A DNA stretch of 64,000 nt from Camelus dromedarius. Its lineage: Eukaryota. The notes beneath the pieces were generated by a model. It made no database searches and was not told the origin of the DNA. It saw only the letters and a list, made by a program, of their open reading frames with translations. Below are positions 23,891 to 36,775 of this stretch, piece after piece. How positions within the stretch are numbered: position 1 is the stretch's first letter; the number at the start of each line of letters is the position of its first letter. The DNA is taken from assembly GCF_036321535.1 (NCBI RefSeq), contig NC_087437.1, positions 25,732,001 to 25,796,000 on the forward strand, read 5' to 3'. A program made the translations under genes and the position numbers.

Positions 23891-25728
23891 GGAATCACAG
23901 TTCAAAACTTACCTGTTTTGGAAAGGCCTAATAAAGCAACTTCTGCCAGGGTCTCCTAGTCTAAAGTCATGTATGTCATCCTGATTTTTGCCATATCCAT
24001 GTACCACCTGTACTGTGATTTACCTAAGATATGTGTATCAATTGGCTTGCATTTTTGCATAAATGGATTTCTTTCTTTTTAAGTTATATCACTACTATGA
24101 AATTGTAGCTTTGGGTGGATATTATTTTTTTAATACACAATACAATAAATATATACCATTAAGGACTTTTTAAAATTCCCTGTAGGAATAAGCTAAGTTT
24201 GTATAAGCAGGTACACCTACAATACTTGACAGAACACTGCTGGAAGGAAATAATCTCTGATTCTACCTTTCCTTCTGAAGGTGGCCCTAAGGGACATTGG
24301 GAATAGGAGAATTTCGTATTGAGGAGCTCAATTCTTGGGATCTGACTAGGAGTCTGTGAGTAGGACTTTTCAAATTGGAAGCAAGTGAAAAACAGTGGCC
24401 ACAATCTCTGGAAACCCTGCCAAGTGGTCTGGCCTCAGGCAGTTGGCTCAACTCTACAAAAATTGCAGACTCCATCCTTCACCCATCCCCTCCTTCCTTC
24501 AATCATAATCAATTGAATCACGGAGGGTAGGGCCTAGGTATCCAGTAATTCTAATACGAAACCAAAGGTAAAAACCATCATGCCATTTCCCTTTCAAGAG
24601 ACATTTCTCCCCAATTAGAAACCCCAGTTACCCCCTACTTCCTCCAGGGGGCTCCTCTGTATTCATTGATAGAGATAGAAGGTAAAAAAAACATTCAGCT
24701 TATTAAAACATTCTCACGAGTACAGATCGGAGCCAAAAAGCTCATGCCTTGGCTCCAGAATTCCAGGGAAGGCCAACCTCCAGGGATGTCGTAAACTCCA
24801 ACTCCACTAACATACCTATGCGTCCACTACAGAAGGCCCTGATCTCTTCTCATTCTTCCTTTCTTCCTTCTTACTCTGTTTTTCCCTTTCACTGGTTAAA
24901 AATAAATGATGTACTTTTTTCTTATTTTGAAAGCAAATGTTCAATGGAAGAAAGATTAGAAAGTAAAAGTAAGTAATATGTGTAAATATTTTTAATGGTC
25001 CCTAATACAACCAAAGATAGATACCCACTTTTAACACTTCAGGATGTATATTCAGAACCTTTTCTAGAATACGTGCCAGGAAATTATTCACAGACTGATG
25101 TGTACTGAACTCGCCGCTGTGAAAGAATGAGAGGTAATTTTTCCTTCCTCTTCCCCCAGCCAACTCTGTGTCTGGACCCGAGCCTCCGCACATTACATTT
25201 TAGTTGCAGAGCTAGACTTGGAAGCCAGGGGGTGCTAGAAGGCTAACATCTCACCCACCCAGAATGAGGCCTGAACCAGGACAGAGATTCAGGAGGAAGG
25301 AAGCCAGTGGCAGTGGATCCCACAAATGGGGAAGACTCATGCCCCAACCCCAGAGAGCCCTCGAGTAGTGATCTGGCTTCTGGAAAAGAGGGACTGAACC
25401 CAAAATCTTGGGCCTTATCCTGTAGCATAAGATCCGTGTACCCAGCTTGGCACAGAGGAAATGAAGCTGCCCTCTTAGAAAGGGTAATGAGCACCTTGGT
25501 GGCTCCCACAGGGACCTGAGAAGTTGACCCCCACTCTTTGCTACACCCCACATAAAACTCAACTAAGAGGGAATTCCCAGCCAGTCCTAGTGGGTGGTAC
25601 GGGGCCAATTTTATTTCATTTAGAATTGTAAAATCCCGTTGACTGAAAGCACCAGAACTACGCATGGAACCTCTCAGTAAGAGGGAGTTTGAAGAAGTTT
25701 CTTATGGGATTTGGGCTTTTTATGGATA

Positions 25729-26177
25729 CAGTAGTTCCCCCTTATCCCCAGGGGATACAATCCAAGACCCTCAGTGGATACCTGAAACCACAGATAGGAC
25801 CAAACCCTCTATGTACTGTTTTTTCCTGCACATGCACACCTATGATAAAGTTAAATTTATAAATTAGGCACAGTAAGAGAATATCCAAATTGCCAGCATC
25901 AAGACTACTCCTGCGCTTTGGGGTCATTATTAAGTACGATAAGGGTTATATGAACTCAAGCACTGCCACTAAGTGACTCACGGGCGGGATACACTGGACA
26001 AAGGGGTGGTTCACGTGCCCTGCGGGGCAGAGCAGGATGGCGAGATTTCATCCTGCTACTCAGAATGGTGTGCAGTTTAAAACTTACCGGAATTATCCAC
26101 TCAATATTTTTGGACCAAGACTGACCTCAGGGAACTGAAACCATGGAAGGCAAAACCACGGATAAGGGAGAGTGTTG
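25729..26177 (+). mobile_element. MER44-like (Tigger7 derivative, TcMar) DNA transposon
   Basis: Terminal inverted repeats cagtagttcccccttatcc.. / ..ggataagggagagtgttg flanked by TA; internal ccaagaccctcagtggatacctgaaaccacagatag. Confidence 0.88.
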
Positions 26178-26798
26178 TACGTTAAGAAGAAATTAAGGAA
26201 GCAGAGATCCAATATGGGTTGGCTTCTGTCGAGAAGGGGCAATATGGTGATGACTGTCTCCATTTTTATCTTGTCGGGAAACAAACTAAAGTGAGCGAGG
26301 GTTGTCATAAGTTTAAAAAGAAAGAAAGCAGTGGTCAGCATTAGAGGATATCTAGTCACTTCTGTAGTGACTTGTCTTCATCTTTCAAACGTGATCGGAC
26401 TGGCCTTGTCTGAGCGTTGTTTATATTCTGTGAATCTCATTAATGTTCACCTGGGAACATCATGACCCAGCTGCCATCAGTGCCATTTTTTTTTTCACTT
26501 TCCTAAAAAAGGGAATGTATCAGCACTTAGACCAAATTAATATCCATTATATACGTACATATATATTTTTTACAAATATAAGATATTATATATACTTTTT
26601 GATAATTTACATTACCTAATGATATATCAACAAGTTTTTCGTGATAATATTCATCTGTGTCACTTTAAATGGAAGAATGGGGTTCTGTTGTGCAGATGAG
26701 CCACGCATATTTAACTAATCCCTTATTGCCAGCATTTAGAATCTTTTCCTTTATACATGTGTGCGTGTGTGCATGCGCGTGTGTGTGTATTTACAGAC

Positions 26799-27190
26799 GT
26801 ATTGGTTTGCTAGGGCTGCCATAACAAAGTACCACAGGCTTAAAGAGCAGAAATCTGTTTTTTCACAGTTCTGAAGGCCAGAAGTCTGAGGCCAAGGTGT
26901 GCACAGGGTTGATTTCATTCTGGGGCCTTTCTCCTTGACTGATGGCTGTCTTCCTCATCTGTCTTTATATGGTCTTCCCTCTATGTGTGTCTATGTCCTA
27001 ATCTCCTCTTCTTATAAGGACCAGTCATGTTGGATTAGGGCCCACCCATATGACTCCATTTTATTTTAATTTTCTCTCTAAAGGCTCTATCTCCAAACAC
27101 AGTTACCCTCTGAGTTACTGGGCATTGGGATCTCAACAGGTGCATTTGGGGTTCGGAAGGTAGGGAGAAGACATAGTTCTACGTGTAATA
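26799..27190 (-). mobile_element. MaLR solo LTR (MLT1B/C-like) inserted in an old antisense L1
   Basis: gtattggtttgctagggctgccataacaaagtaccacag..cctaatctcctcttcttataaggac..ggattagggcccacc. Confidence 0.85.
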
Positions 27191-27438
27191 GTGTGTGTGA
27201 TATGTTTATAAGTAATGCTGTAATGAACGTCTCTGTATCTAAGATTTGGGGTACATTCATAGTTATTTCCTTAGGATAAGTTTCTAGAGGCGGGATTGCT
27301 AAATCAGTGAGATCACAGTCCTAAGACCTTTGGTAATATTATCAGACTGCCCTTTAAAAGTTGTTACAATGTACACTCTCACAAAGCAGAGGAGAGTGAT
27401 TTTAGCCCCTTTTCCTTCAGTGCACTTTGTAATTTTTC

Positions 27439-28720
27439 TTTTTTTAACATTTTTCATTGATTTATAATCATTTTACAATGTTGTGTCAAATTCCAGTGTT
27501 CAGCACAATTTTTCAGTCATTCATGGACATATACACACTCATTGTCACATTTTTTTCTCTGTGAGGTATCATAACATTTTGTGTATATTTCCCTGTGCTA
27601 TACAGTGTAATCTTGTTTATCTATTCTACAATTTTGAAATCCCAGTCTATCCCTTCCCACCCTCCACCCCCCTGGTAACCACAGGTCTGTATTCTCTGTC
27701 TATGAGTCTATTTCTGTCCTGTATTTACGCTTTGTTTTTGTTTGTTTGTTTTTGTTTTTGTTTTTTAGATTCCACATATGAGCGATCTCATATGGTATTT
27801 TTCTTTCTCTTCCTGGCTTACTTCACTTAGAATGACATTCTCCAGGAGCATCCATGTTGCTGCAAATGGCATTATGTTGTCAGTTTTTATGGCTGAGTAG
27901 TATTCCATTGTATAAATATACCACATCTTCTTTATCCAGTCACCTGTTGATGGACATTTAGGCTATTTCCATGTTTTGGCTATTGTAAATAGTGCTGCTA
28001 TGAACATTGGGGTGCAGGTGTCATCCTGAAGTAGGGTCCCTTCTGGATACAAGCCCAGGAGTGGGATTCCTGGGTCATACGGTAAGTCTATTCCTAGTCT
28101 TTTGAGGAATCGCCACACTGTTTTCCATAGTGGCTGCGCCAAACTGCATTCCCACCAGCAGTGTAGGAGGGTTCCCCTTTCTCCACAGCCTCTCCAGCAT
28201 TTGTCATTTGTGCTTTTGAATGATGGCCATTCTGACTGGTGTGAGGTGATACCTCATTGTAGTTTTGATTTGCATTTCTCTGATAATTAGTGATATTGAG
28301 CATTTTTTCATGTGCCTTTTGATCATTTGTATGTCTTCCTTGGAGAATTGCTTGTTTAGGTCTTCTGCCCATTTTTGGATTGGGTTGTTTATTTTTTTTC
28401 TTATTAGTCATATGAGCTGCTTATATATTCTGGAGATCAAGCCTTTGTCGGTTTCATTTGCAAAAATTTTCTCCCATTCCGTAGGTTGTCTTCTTATTTT
28501 ACTTCTGGTTTCCTTTGCTGTGCAGAAGCTTGTAAGTTTCATTAGGTCCCATTTGTTTATTCTTGCTTTTATTTCTTCTAGGAGAAAATTTTTGAAATAT
28601 ATGTCAGATAATGTTTTGCCTGTTTTCCTCTAGGAGGTTTTTGTATCTTGTCTTATGTTTAAGTCTTTGATCCATTTTGAGTTGATTTTTGTATATGGTG
28701 TAAGGGAGTGTTCTAGCTTC
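27439..28720 (-). mobile_element. Young camelid-type L1, 5'-truncated (ORF2 C-terminus and 3'UTR)
   Basis: Well-preserved antisense ORF2 end (tctgactggtgtgaggtgatacctcattgtagttttgatttgcatttctctg) and 3'UTR; short TSD atttttc at both ends. Accounts for the ORFs at 27483-28633. Confidence 0.92.
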
Positions 28721-29059
28721 ATTTTTCAATTATCTGTTTTTATTAGTTTCACATTTCTCAGATTTATCTACCTCCGAGCGAGTTCAGTTGGTCCAAATAT
28801 ATTAGTGAGACCAAGACTACCTATTTAATACTTCAGGAGGTAAATTTTTTTATTACTAGTTAAGTAAACAAATCAAAGGGGTTGTCCTGTTGATAATAAG
28901 TCAGGTCATTTCCATACACAAAGGATAGCATATTAAAGTAAATGTTTTTACTGACAAAAATAGTTCCTTGATTTTTATCTCAAGCATTTAAAACCTTACT
29001 TTAGACTCCATGATGTCTCAATAAATATTGGCTGATTTTCTTTTAAACACTATCTGATT

Positions 29060-29400
29060 TTACTAGGAATCTTTTGGTTGCAAGTTACAGAAAACTCAAC
29101 TCTAAATAGCATAAGCATAAGAACATTTTTTTCAAGGAATGTATTAACTAATGTAACTGAAAACTCTGGAAGACAGTATACCCACAGGTAAGGTTTCATT
29201 CTGCAATTAAATGCTGCCACCAGGACCCATCTCTGACTGGCTGCCTTTGGACTGGCTCGATGCCTAAGCTTTCTGTGGTGGCCGCTAGCAGCTTCAGGCT
29301 TTGTCATAATAGTCACAAGATAAATGTAGGAAAACCAGAAAGAAGTCATCATGGATACTGGGCAGTAAAGCAGCAAATACCACCATCCGGACTCTCATAG
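29060..29400 (-). mobile_element. Old MaLR LTR fragment (MLT1K-like)
   Basis: ttttggttgcaagttacagaaaactcaactctaaatagcataagc..aggaatgtattaactaatgtaactgaaaa. Confidence 0.6.
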
Positions 29401-30762
29401 AACTCCAGAACTTCTAGGAAATTAGAAATCATCTAATCTAGTTATTTTAAATAATTTTAAATTATTTATTTTAAACAAAACCCCCAAAATAAAATTTTTT
29501 TTTTCTTGGTCATGTTTTGATTTGCTGGACCAAACAATCTTTTGCTTTCCTTAAACAACTTCTTATGATGGTGTCAAATACTTAAAATAGAGTAAAACTG
29601 AGCTGGTCAGTTTGAAAGAGGGGTGGGGACCCCCACCTCCGACCACTTTGCATCCCTATCCTCATCCTCCTGGAAGCACCTCCAAGAAGCACACTGCAGA
29701 TCACTTTAAAGGCAGGAAGAATGAGCCCCAGAGCACATCCGTGGATTACTCTAGGACACACAGCCCATGAGTGACAGAGCCAGGGGAACTTGATGCCCTC
29801 CCCGTCTCCTCCGTCTTGTAGCCTTGTTTGCCTCTCACTGCCATTTTGAGTATTATGTTTGCATTCCATCCCTGATTTAGTACCTCTGCTCCTACCAAAA
29901 GGTGGTAAGCAGAATTGAAAGGCTTAATTGTCCGCCATCAGTGTGTACGCACACCATGTCTCCAGCCACAGTGGGTCACCGAGACCAAGTCAGCAGTGAG
30001 CAGGTGTACAGCTATGTGGAGCCTCCGTGTTCCTTCAAGTCTGCTTGAGGTTTTTATTTCAAATCAGCACCTAAATCAGTGTTTATTAGGTGTAATCTAA
30101 GGACTTTGTGGATATTTCGCCAAAAATCCTCTTAGGAGATCTTGTGTTTAGAAGATATTTTGGGACAAGATGCAGTATGAGCAATAGCGATAACGTGAAC
30201 CAGGACTGAAGTTCTAGAGACAGCTGTCCTAGGAGAGAGAAAGGTTATCAGTTCCACTTTAAGGGATTTCCTTTAACACACAATTGAGAGTTAAAACCAA
30301 TATTGAAAAAGAAATTTTAAAAGATGGTCACATTTATGCAAATATCAAATGAATCCTAAGTAGTCAAAAATAAAATAAATATTTAAAATAAAATAATAAA
30401 CAGCACCATCTAGGTCTGGTGCAAAGAAACATACCCCCAAAATATCACCAACATGCTTTGTCTGAATTTGTAGTCGGGAGAGCTTACCAATCTATTCTCT
30501 CGTTCTCTCTCCAAATCATCCCCCAATCTTTCAGTTTTAATTAAAGCTTTTCTTATGGAGAAGGTTCAGGGCATAGGGAAAAAATCAGAAAACTACATTA
30601 GTAAATTTTCCAAATAAAACAAAATAAAAGGTTAAGAGTCATTGGGACACAGGGTGACATTCAGAGCTGCATAAGTACAAGATAGTGGGTGAGAGCTAAT
30701 GGGTAAATGTCACAAGAGGCTGGGAGGCAGGCAAGTCTCTCCCTCGTAAAGAAAGATCTCTG

Positions 30763-30927
30763 TTTTTCTTTTTTAATAATTTCACATTTCGTGGGGGGGT
30801 TAAATTTATTCGTTTTTATTTATTTATTTGTTTATTTACTTATGGATGATGGAGGTACTCAGGATTGAACCCAGGACCTTATGCATGCTAGGGACATACT
30901 CCACCAGTAAGCTACACCCTTCCCTAC
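30763..30927 (-). mobile_element. tRNA-derived SINE of camelid Vic-1 type
   Basis: Reverse complement gggaagggtgtagcttactggtggagtatgtccctagcatgcataaggtcctgggttcaatcctgagtacctcca with A/B boxes and a (TAAA)n tail; TSD aagaaagatctctg (30749-30762) / aagaatgatctttg (30928-30941). Confidence 0.88.
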
Positions 30928-31903
30928 AAGAATGATCTTTGGAAGGTCGCATTAAATATAACTCTTCCTTTATATAGAAGAAAATAATTTCTATCAAAAC
31001 TACGATTTCTAGCAAAACCCACACATAACGTTTTTCGTTGTACATTGGTATTCTGCGATTAAAAGCAATGTTTAATTACTTGAAGCTAGAGATGTAGAGT
31101 CTTTTCAAATGTTCAGGTTATAAAAGAAAAAGATTTCCCTTGGATATAGAAGGAAAAGTTAGAATAACACTGAAATAATGTATTTACGGATCTCTTTCGG
31201 ATCTAAAATCACTTTGTGGGATTAGTTAACACAGGAATACATTAAATCCATCATGACTTGTTCATAGGATCTTGAAGTCTCATGCACAGGCAAGCTGTGA
31301 CTGTCAGGAGGAATAATTCCAGTCAGGGAGGCATTCATTTTTTTCACCTTTGGATTTGAATAACCCCAAAAATTCACCCCTCCTTGACCACCCACTTCAT
31401 TGTTCACATCTCAGTATTTGTCACCCAGTGCTCTAATTTTCTGTCTGCTCATCCATCTTTCCCTCCACACTCCAAGCTCAGCAAAGGCAAGGACTGTATC
31501 TTACTCATTTAAGGGGCCTAGGAGAATGCTTGGTACTCAAGCATTCAATAAACTGAGTAGACACTCAGTAAATATGACAGAAACGGAGGCAGAAAAGTGC
31601 CCAAATGCATTACATCAACACTCCCTCCGAGCTTTGAATGGCTGCCATTTTTACCTTTTTTTTTTTCTGGGTTAGTAAAAGGTTAAGTGTAAGTCCCAAA
31701 GAAAGGCTGGGTCAGAAGATTCAGAGAACATGGCCAAAGTAAGGATTAGAGATGTCTAAGAAGGTTCTAGAAACATTGGGTGAAATTAGTTTATCCCGAC
31801 AACAATAGCTTTTGCCGTTCTCCTTTGCCAATTTAGTTAATGAAAAAGATAACTAAGCTGTATGCTGCATTGCCAGGGAAATGGCAGCCGAAGACAAGTA
31901 GGG

Positions 31904-31922
31904 CGACCAGCAGAGGGCGCTC
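31904..31922 (+). promoter_or_regulatory. Strong CTCF motif (forward orientation)
   Basis: CGACCAGCAGAGGGCGCTC fits the CTCF core with no mismatch and retains its CpGs. Confidence 0.72.
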
Positions 31923-32699
31923 ACACCACAGGTATTTGTAGTTGACTTTTTTTTTTTTTGAACGTTTGCCCATGAAGGAAGGTGGAGGATGGCAACTGAG
32001 AAAGGCCAGCATTCTTTCCTAAGGAGCTCATAATTCTCCTAGCCAAGCAAGAAGGAAAAGGGAAAACACCAAGGGTAAAAAATTGGTAGAGAAGCATGCC
32101 AAAGACGATGGCCATGCACCCCTGAGGCAGAGCTTTATATGGCTCTTAAAGGATTGTCTACCTCCCCCTCACTAAGGCTTAAACAACAAAAGAAAAAGTG
32201 CCAAAGAGAAAGTGTATTAAGCCAAACCACATTCTGGACTGCACAAACCCCTCCCCCTGCACTGCCTTTCATGTCTTTTTAGTTCCACTTGTCAAAACAA
32301 GTCATTTCTTTCTAGGTTTAGACCAAACCAGGAGGTCTGGGACACTTGCCAGACCTGCAGTGGTAAGCGAGCGAGTTGTACTTTTTCAGGGAAGAACACT
32401 TGCGTTCTCTGGGATGCCCCATGGAGCCTGCCCAGGCTTCGAGCTGTGGAAGCAGATAACTGTGTCTCCACCCTCACCCTTCTTTGGGATGGTCACAGAC
32501 TGATGGTCTAAACTTGGGGAGAGCTAGCACCTTGGTTTTCCTCCTTCTCTGATGGCTGCCATCACATATGATTGATTCAGAGATTGGGAGGTTTACTACC
32601 CGATCTCATCCTGTCTCAAAGCCCTGGCTTCCCCAAGGCCATCTGGGTTTGAGGATTTCATTTGCGTACTGATCCAAAATGCACCCTTCTCCTGTGTAG

Positions 32700-33270
32700 G
32701 ACCCTACAGTTCCAACTCCATTGCTCCTGCAATGGCTCAGGCCCTTGTCATTCCTAAAGGCATCTAGTGGGCTCCCTGCTCCAGCCCTGGTCCCTGATCA
32801 GTCCTTCACACTGCATTGGAGTTGCCTACCTGGAAAACATCTGACTCCTGCCTACCTCAACCTCACTGCCCACCACTCTCCCTATCGCATACTTCTGCCA
32901 GACTGGGCTCTGTGTTGGTCCTTGAACGTAACTGTGCTCCTGCCTCAGGACCTTTGCACTTGTGGTTCCTTCTGTCTAGAATTATATGCTCCCAGATGCT
33001 TAATGATTCATTCTCACATTTTAGTCAGGGTTCTGCCCAAATTCAATCCTTTTCTGACCACACACATCTACACCAGCCCCTGCCATGTTACACTCTACCC
33101 CTTCCACTGCTTTGTTTTTCTTCATAGCCCTCCTCAGGCTCTGACGTTCTATTTTATATCTGAGTGTTTATTTCGGTCAGCTCCATGAGGGCCGACAGTT
33201 CCATCTCGTGCACAACTGTATTGGCAGCACTTGGCACATTGGATGTTCCCAATACATATTTAATTCACTA
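32700..33270 (+). mobile_element. L2 fragment, with further L2 pieces to ~33700
   Basis: cctgcctcaggacctttgcacttgtggttccttctgtctagaa..gctccatgagggccgac..gcacttggcacatt. Confidence 0.75.
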
Positions 33271-33725
33271 ATTAAAACATACTGTTCATCCTCCATCCCC
33301 TCAGGTGTTCCTCATTTACTCCAGAATTAAACCATATCCTCTGGCATGGCATTCAAGGCTCATGATCTGACTCTATCCTCCCTTTCTGGCCTTATCTCCT
33401 ATCACACACTGCCCACCTGCATCGCACCCTGAACTCGAGCCAAACCTTGTGACGCACCATCCAAACTCCTGCACGCTGTGCTCCTGCCTTCTGTTCCATC
33501 GCCATTTGTTGAAATCTTCCTAATCTCTTAAAAGCCTTCTGACCTGCTCTCTCCCCATAGTGAAGACTTCTCTCTTCTACCATCTTTCCCAGCCATTAGC
33601 AGTTCTGTCCTTAGATACCAGTTTGTATATCTCTTATGTCCCGTGTTATACATGATGTAACTTTCTCTACCAGCAGACAAAGTATAGGAACTGGATGTTA
33701 ACTCTTAACTCCCAAGTACGTAAAG

Positions 33726-34425
33726 CAGGGGTCTCAAACTCAAACTCCTACTGAAGTAAGTGAGATCTATGGGTGTGTGAGTCTGTTCAGGCTGCCATAA
33801 CAAAGTACCACAAACGTGGGGGCTTGAATCAGAGAAATTCCCTTTCTCACAGTTCTGGAGACTGAACGTCCAAGATCAAGGGGCCATCAAAGTTGGTTGC
33901 TGGTGAAGCCTCTCTTCCTGGCTTGTAGAAGGCTGCCTCCTCCTTGCGTCTTCACACGGCCTTTGCTCTGTGTTTGCCTGGAGAGGGGGAGAGAGCTCTC
34001 TGGTGTCTCTTCCTCTGCTTATAAGGACCCCAGTCCTATGGGGCTATGGCCCCACTCTTTTCACCTCAGTTAACCTTAACTGCCTTCTTAAGGGCCCTAT
34101 ATCCAAATATAGTCACATTGGGGTTAGGGCTTCAACATATGAATTCGAGGCTGAGGGAGGACGCAGTTCAGTCCCTCGCAGTGAGCAAGGTGGGCTTAGC
34201 AGGACGGGAAGGCATTCCCCATCTGTGGGGGGGCAGCTGCTGCCCAGCGTTGGCCCATGGTCCCAGGCCTGGCGTGTGCCTAACATTCCCAACCTTCAGA
34301 ATGTGAAAGGAGCTAAAAATCTGGGTAATTCTTACGTGAACTCTCTTAATTTGAAAACGTCAGTAGCTAATTAAAACATATATTTAACTCTGTGAGAAGA
34401 ACCAGCCCTGCCCTCAGGCAGCATT
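33726..34425. mobile_element. hAT-Charlie MITE interrupted by an MLT1 LTR
   Basis: Starts caggggtctcaaactcaaactcc; Charlie-like sequence resumes after 34180. Confidence 0.5.
33774..34180 (-). mobile_element. MaLR solo LTR (MLT1A-like)
   Basis: ggctgccataacaaagtaccacaaac..ctcacagttctggagactg..tccaagatcaagg..gggttagggcttcaacatatgaatt. Confidence 0.88.
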
Positions 34426-34769
34426 CAGCCTGGGGACCCGAAATAGATTGTTTTCTGAATTCCCGTGGAAGTCCTGGGCCCACGGCGAAGCCTTGTGAAG
34501 TCCTCTGTGAGGAGATGGCTCACTGACGTGCGCACCATGGCTTGGGAAACTCTGAAATGAAAACGATACTGTGGGGAAGGTATCTGCCTGCTAACTGTTC
34601 TGCGAGGATGCCTGCCCCTCTCCTCTTCCCCGCCTCGTTCATCTACCAACCAGCTGCTGCCGGCCCTGCCGGCCTCTCCACTCCCATGGCCCCTGCTCTG
34701 CCGTGCCAACCTGGGCAGACCCTCCCTGAGCGCTGAGTCTAGTTTTGACGCCTGCAATCAATGGAGGAG

Positions 34770-35050
34770 AAAGAGAAACTGGAGTCCATTCAGAAGAAAG
34801 CCACAGAAGCAGTTAGACGTCTGAAAAATGAAGATCAGGAGAAGTTAAAGGAACCAAAGTCATTCTGTTTAGAGGCAAGAGGGTTCCAGGGTTACTAGCA
34901 ACAGTTGTCAAGTATATAAAAGGCTCAGGCCTGGGATAGTAATGAGCTGTTCTCCTTGCTGAGAACAGAGCAAACAGGAAGCCGGCTCCACGTGCAAAGT
35001 GGGGATTTGGAGGTTTCTGTCCCTAACACAGGTATTTGTTAGGACTTGTG
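34770..35050 (+). mobile_element. Ancient CR1/L3 LINE 3' fragment
   Basis: gagaaactggagtccattcagaagaaagccac..gagaagttaaaggaac..gtcaagtatataaaaggct..gctgttctcc resembles the CR1 RT C-terminal region. Confidence 0.6.
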
Positions 35051-36559
35051 TATTCGAATGGATATTTACAGTGGGAAGTGCTCCCCCCCCCCATTCATTA
35101 TCTCCCTTCTGGCTGTAACACTGTGGATTCTAGGAAAATCCTGTTGGAAAAGTTTGTTAATAATGAAAGATTGAGCCATAAGGGAAAAGAAAAACATTCA
35201 TCTACATAAGAAGCTGGTGATATGATGGTACTCAGTGAAGAAAGTAAGGTTTCTGTATTTACCCACGAGATCCACTTCATACAGGAAACAGATGACTTTG
35301 GTAGCATGTTCAAGGTCACAGGTGGCCATAAATAGCCACGTTATCTTCACTGCGTACTTTCTGGTTTTACCAAGAAAGCTAGGTTTTCTCCAGTCCAGGA
35401 CGAGGGGTGAGGACACTGTAACAAGTAAACAGATGTACAAAAGCCACCAAACAAACAACCTGTTCCTTAAGAAGTGCAGAGTCATGGTCCTCCAGGGCAG
35501 AGAGGAGCTGCCTCCCAGGACAGCTGGACGTTTCCCAGGGCCTCTGTGATGACTTGCACTTTATTAATTTCCTAAATGGAAGGAAGAACAAGGGTGAGTT
35601 TTTGGGTCTGGAAACTCTGGCAAGGCTAGAGCCGCAGTCGACCTGCCTGCAAGGAAGCCCTCGGCAGAGCATCAATGTTGGTAAAGTCTTTGCTGTGTGC
35701 AAGGTGCTTCCTTCCCCTCGGTGCCCCACTGCCCTCCTGACCCTGGACTCCCCCACCAGTGTCTGTTCCCCTCTGCCAGGGGCCCCCACCCAGAGGCCAG
35801 CCTAGGTTATCCTGTTTACTCACAGCCTCCCTCTGTCTAGGAATTCCAACCAAAGGGATACAGTCTTATTCCTCTTTTTAAGAATGCCCATTGTCACATG
35901 ACTCACGGGAATGAATTTGGAGGGTTTCCCCGCCTCCCCCCACCCCCCAAGCTAGTGGGTTTCAGTTAAACACATGCCCTCGTACCCCCTCTTCACGCAG
36001 GTAAAACCTGCCAGATTAGTTTGTAGCATCTGCTCAAACTAGAGCTCTTCTCTCCTCCCCTTTCTACCACTTCCCAAGATTTAGTCCTTCATTCTGAACT
36101 TACCTGATAATATTTTTCTCCTTGTTGGACATTTAAAGGCCCTTGCTGTCATGCTTTGATTTGATTAGTTAATAATGACTAAGAATAAGGATGACTGTCA
36201 ACATGAAATTGAAAAGATGTGTTTTGTGTTGCTGTGTTTCCTGTGGCAGGACTCCACCTAAAGAATCTGCAGGGCAGGGCATCCCACTTAGGTTGTAAAT
36301 TGTTACTGCACATCTGGAATCAGGGGTAAGGACCCCAGGGAGCGGCAAGGCTGATACATGTGAAGAAGGTTTCCTTGAGACCATGAATTTAGAAACAGCT
36401 AAAGGGGCAGCTTACCTTATTGCTATTATTTCTTCCAGTGCCATTATGCTCAGTGCTGTCATGCTCTGAACGGGCTTGAAGAGCATAAAAATGGGGAGAC
36501 GAGGACACTGAATCCATGTTTTATGAATAGAGATCCAACTGCTTATTTGGGAATTGGTC

Positions 36560-36775
36560 ACACGAATTTGGAGTCAGACAAACCCCAGGTCAAGTCCCAG
36601 ATCTGCCCTTTGCTGTGAGAACCTGGCCAAGAAATACTATCTCTCAAATAAAGATGAAAATACCAACCTCCAAGGTTTTCTGTAAAAATTAATTTATACA
36701 AGATGCATCAAACACATAGCAGTTTTTAGCACCTGCTAAACTCGTGACGCATGGTAACTACTATTACCATTAAAA
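36560..36775 (+). mobile_element. MIR SINE
   Basis: tttggagtcagacaaaccccaggtcaagtcccagatctgcc..ataccaacctccaaggttt. Confidence 0.7.

Noticed and set aside
30850..30924. tRNA gene
   Set aside because: A/B boxes are present but are followed by a SINE tail and flanked by a TSD; it is a SINE head.
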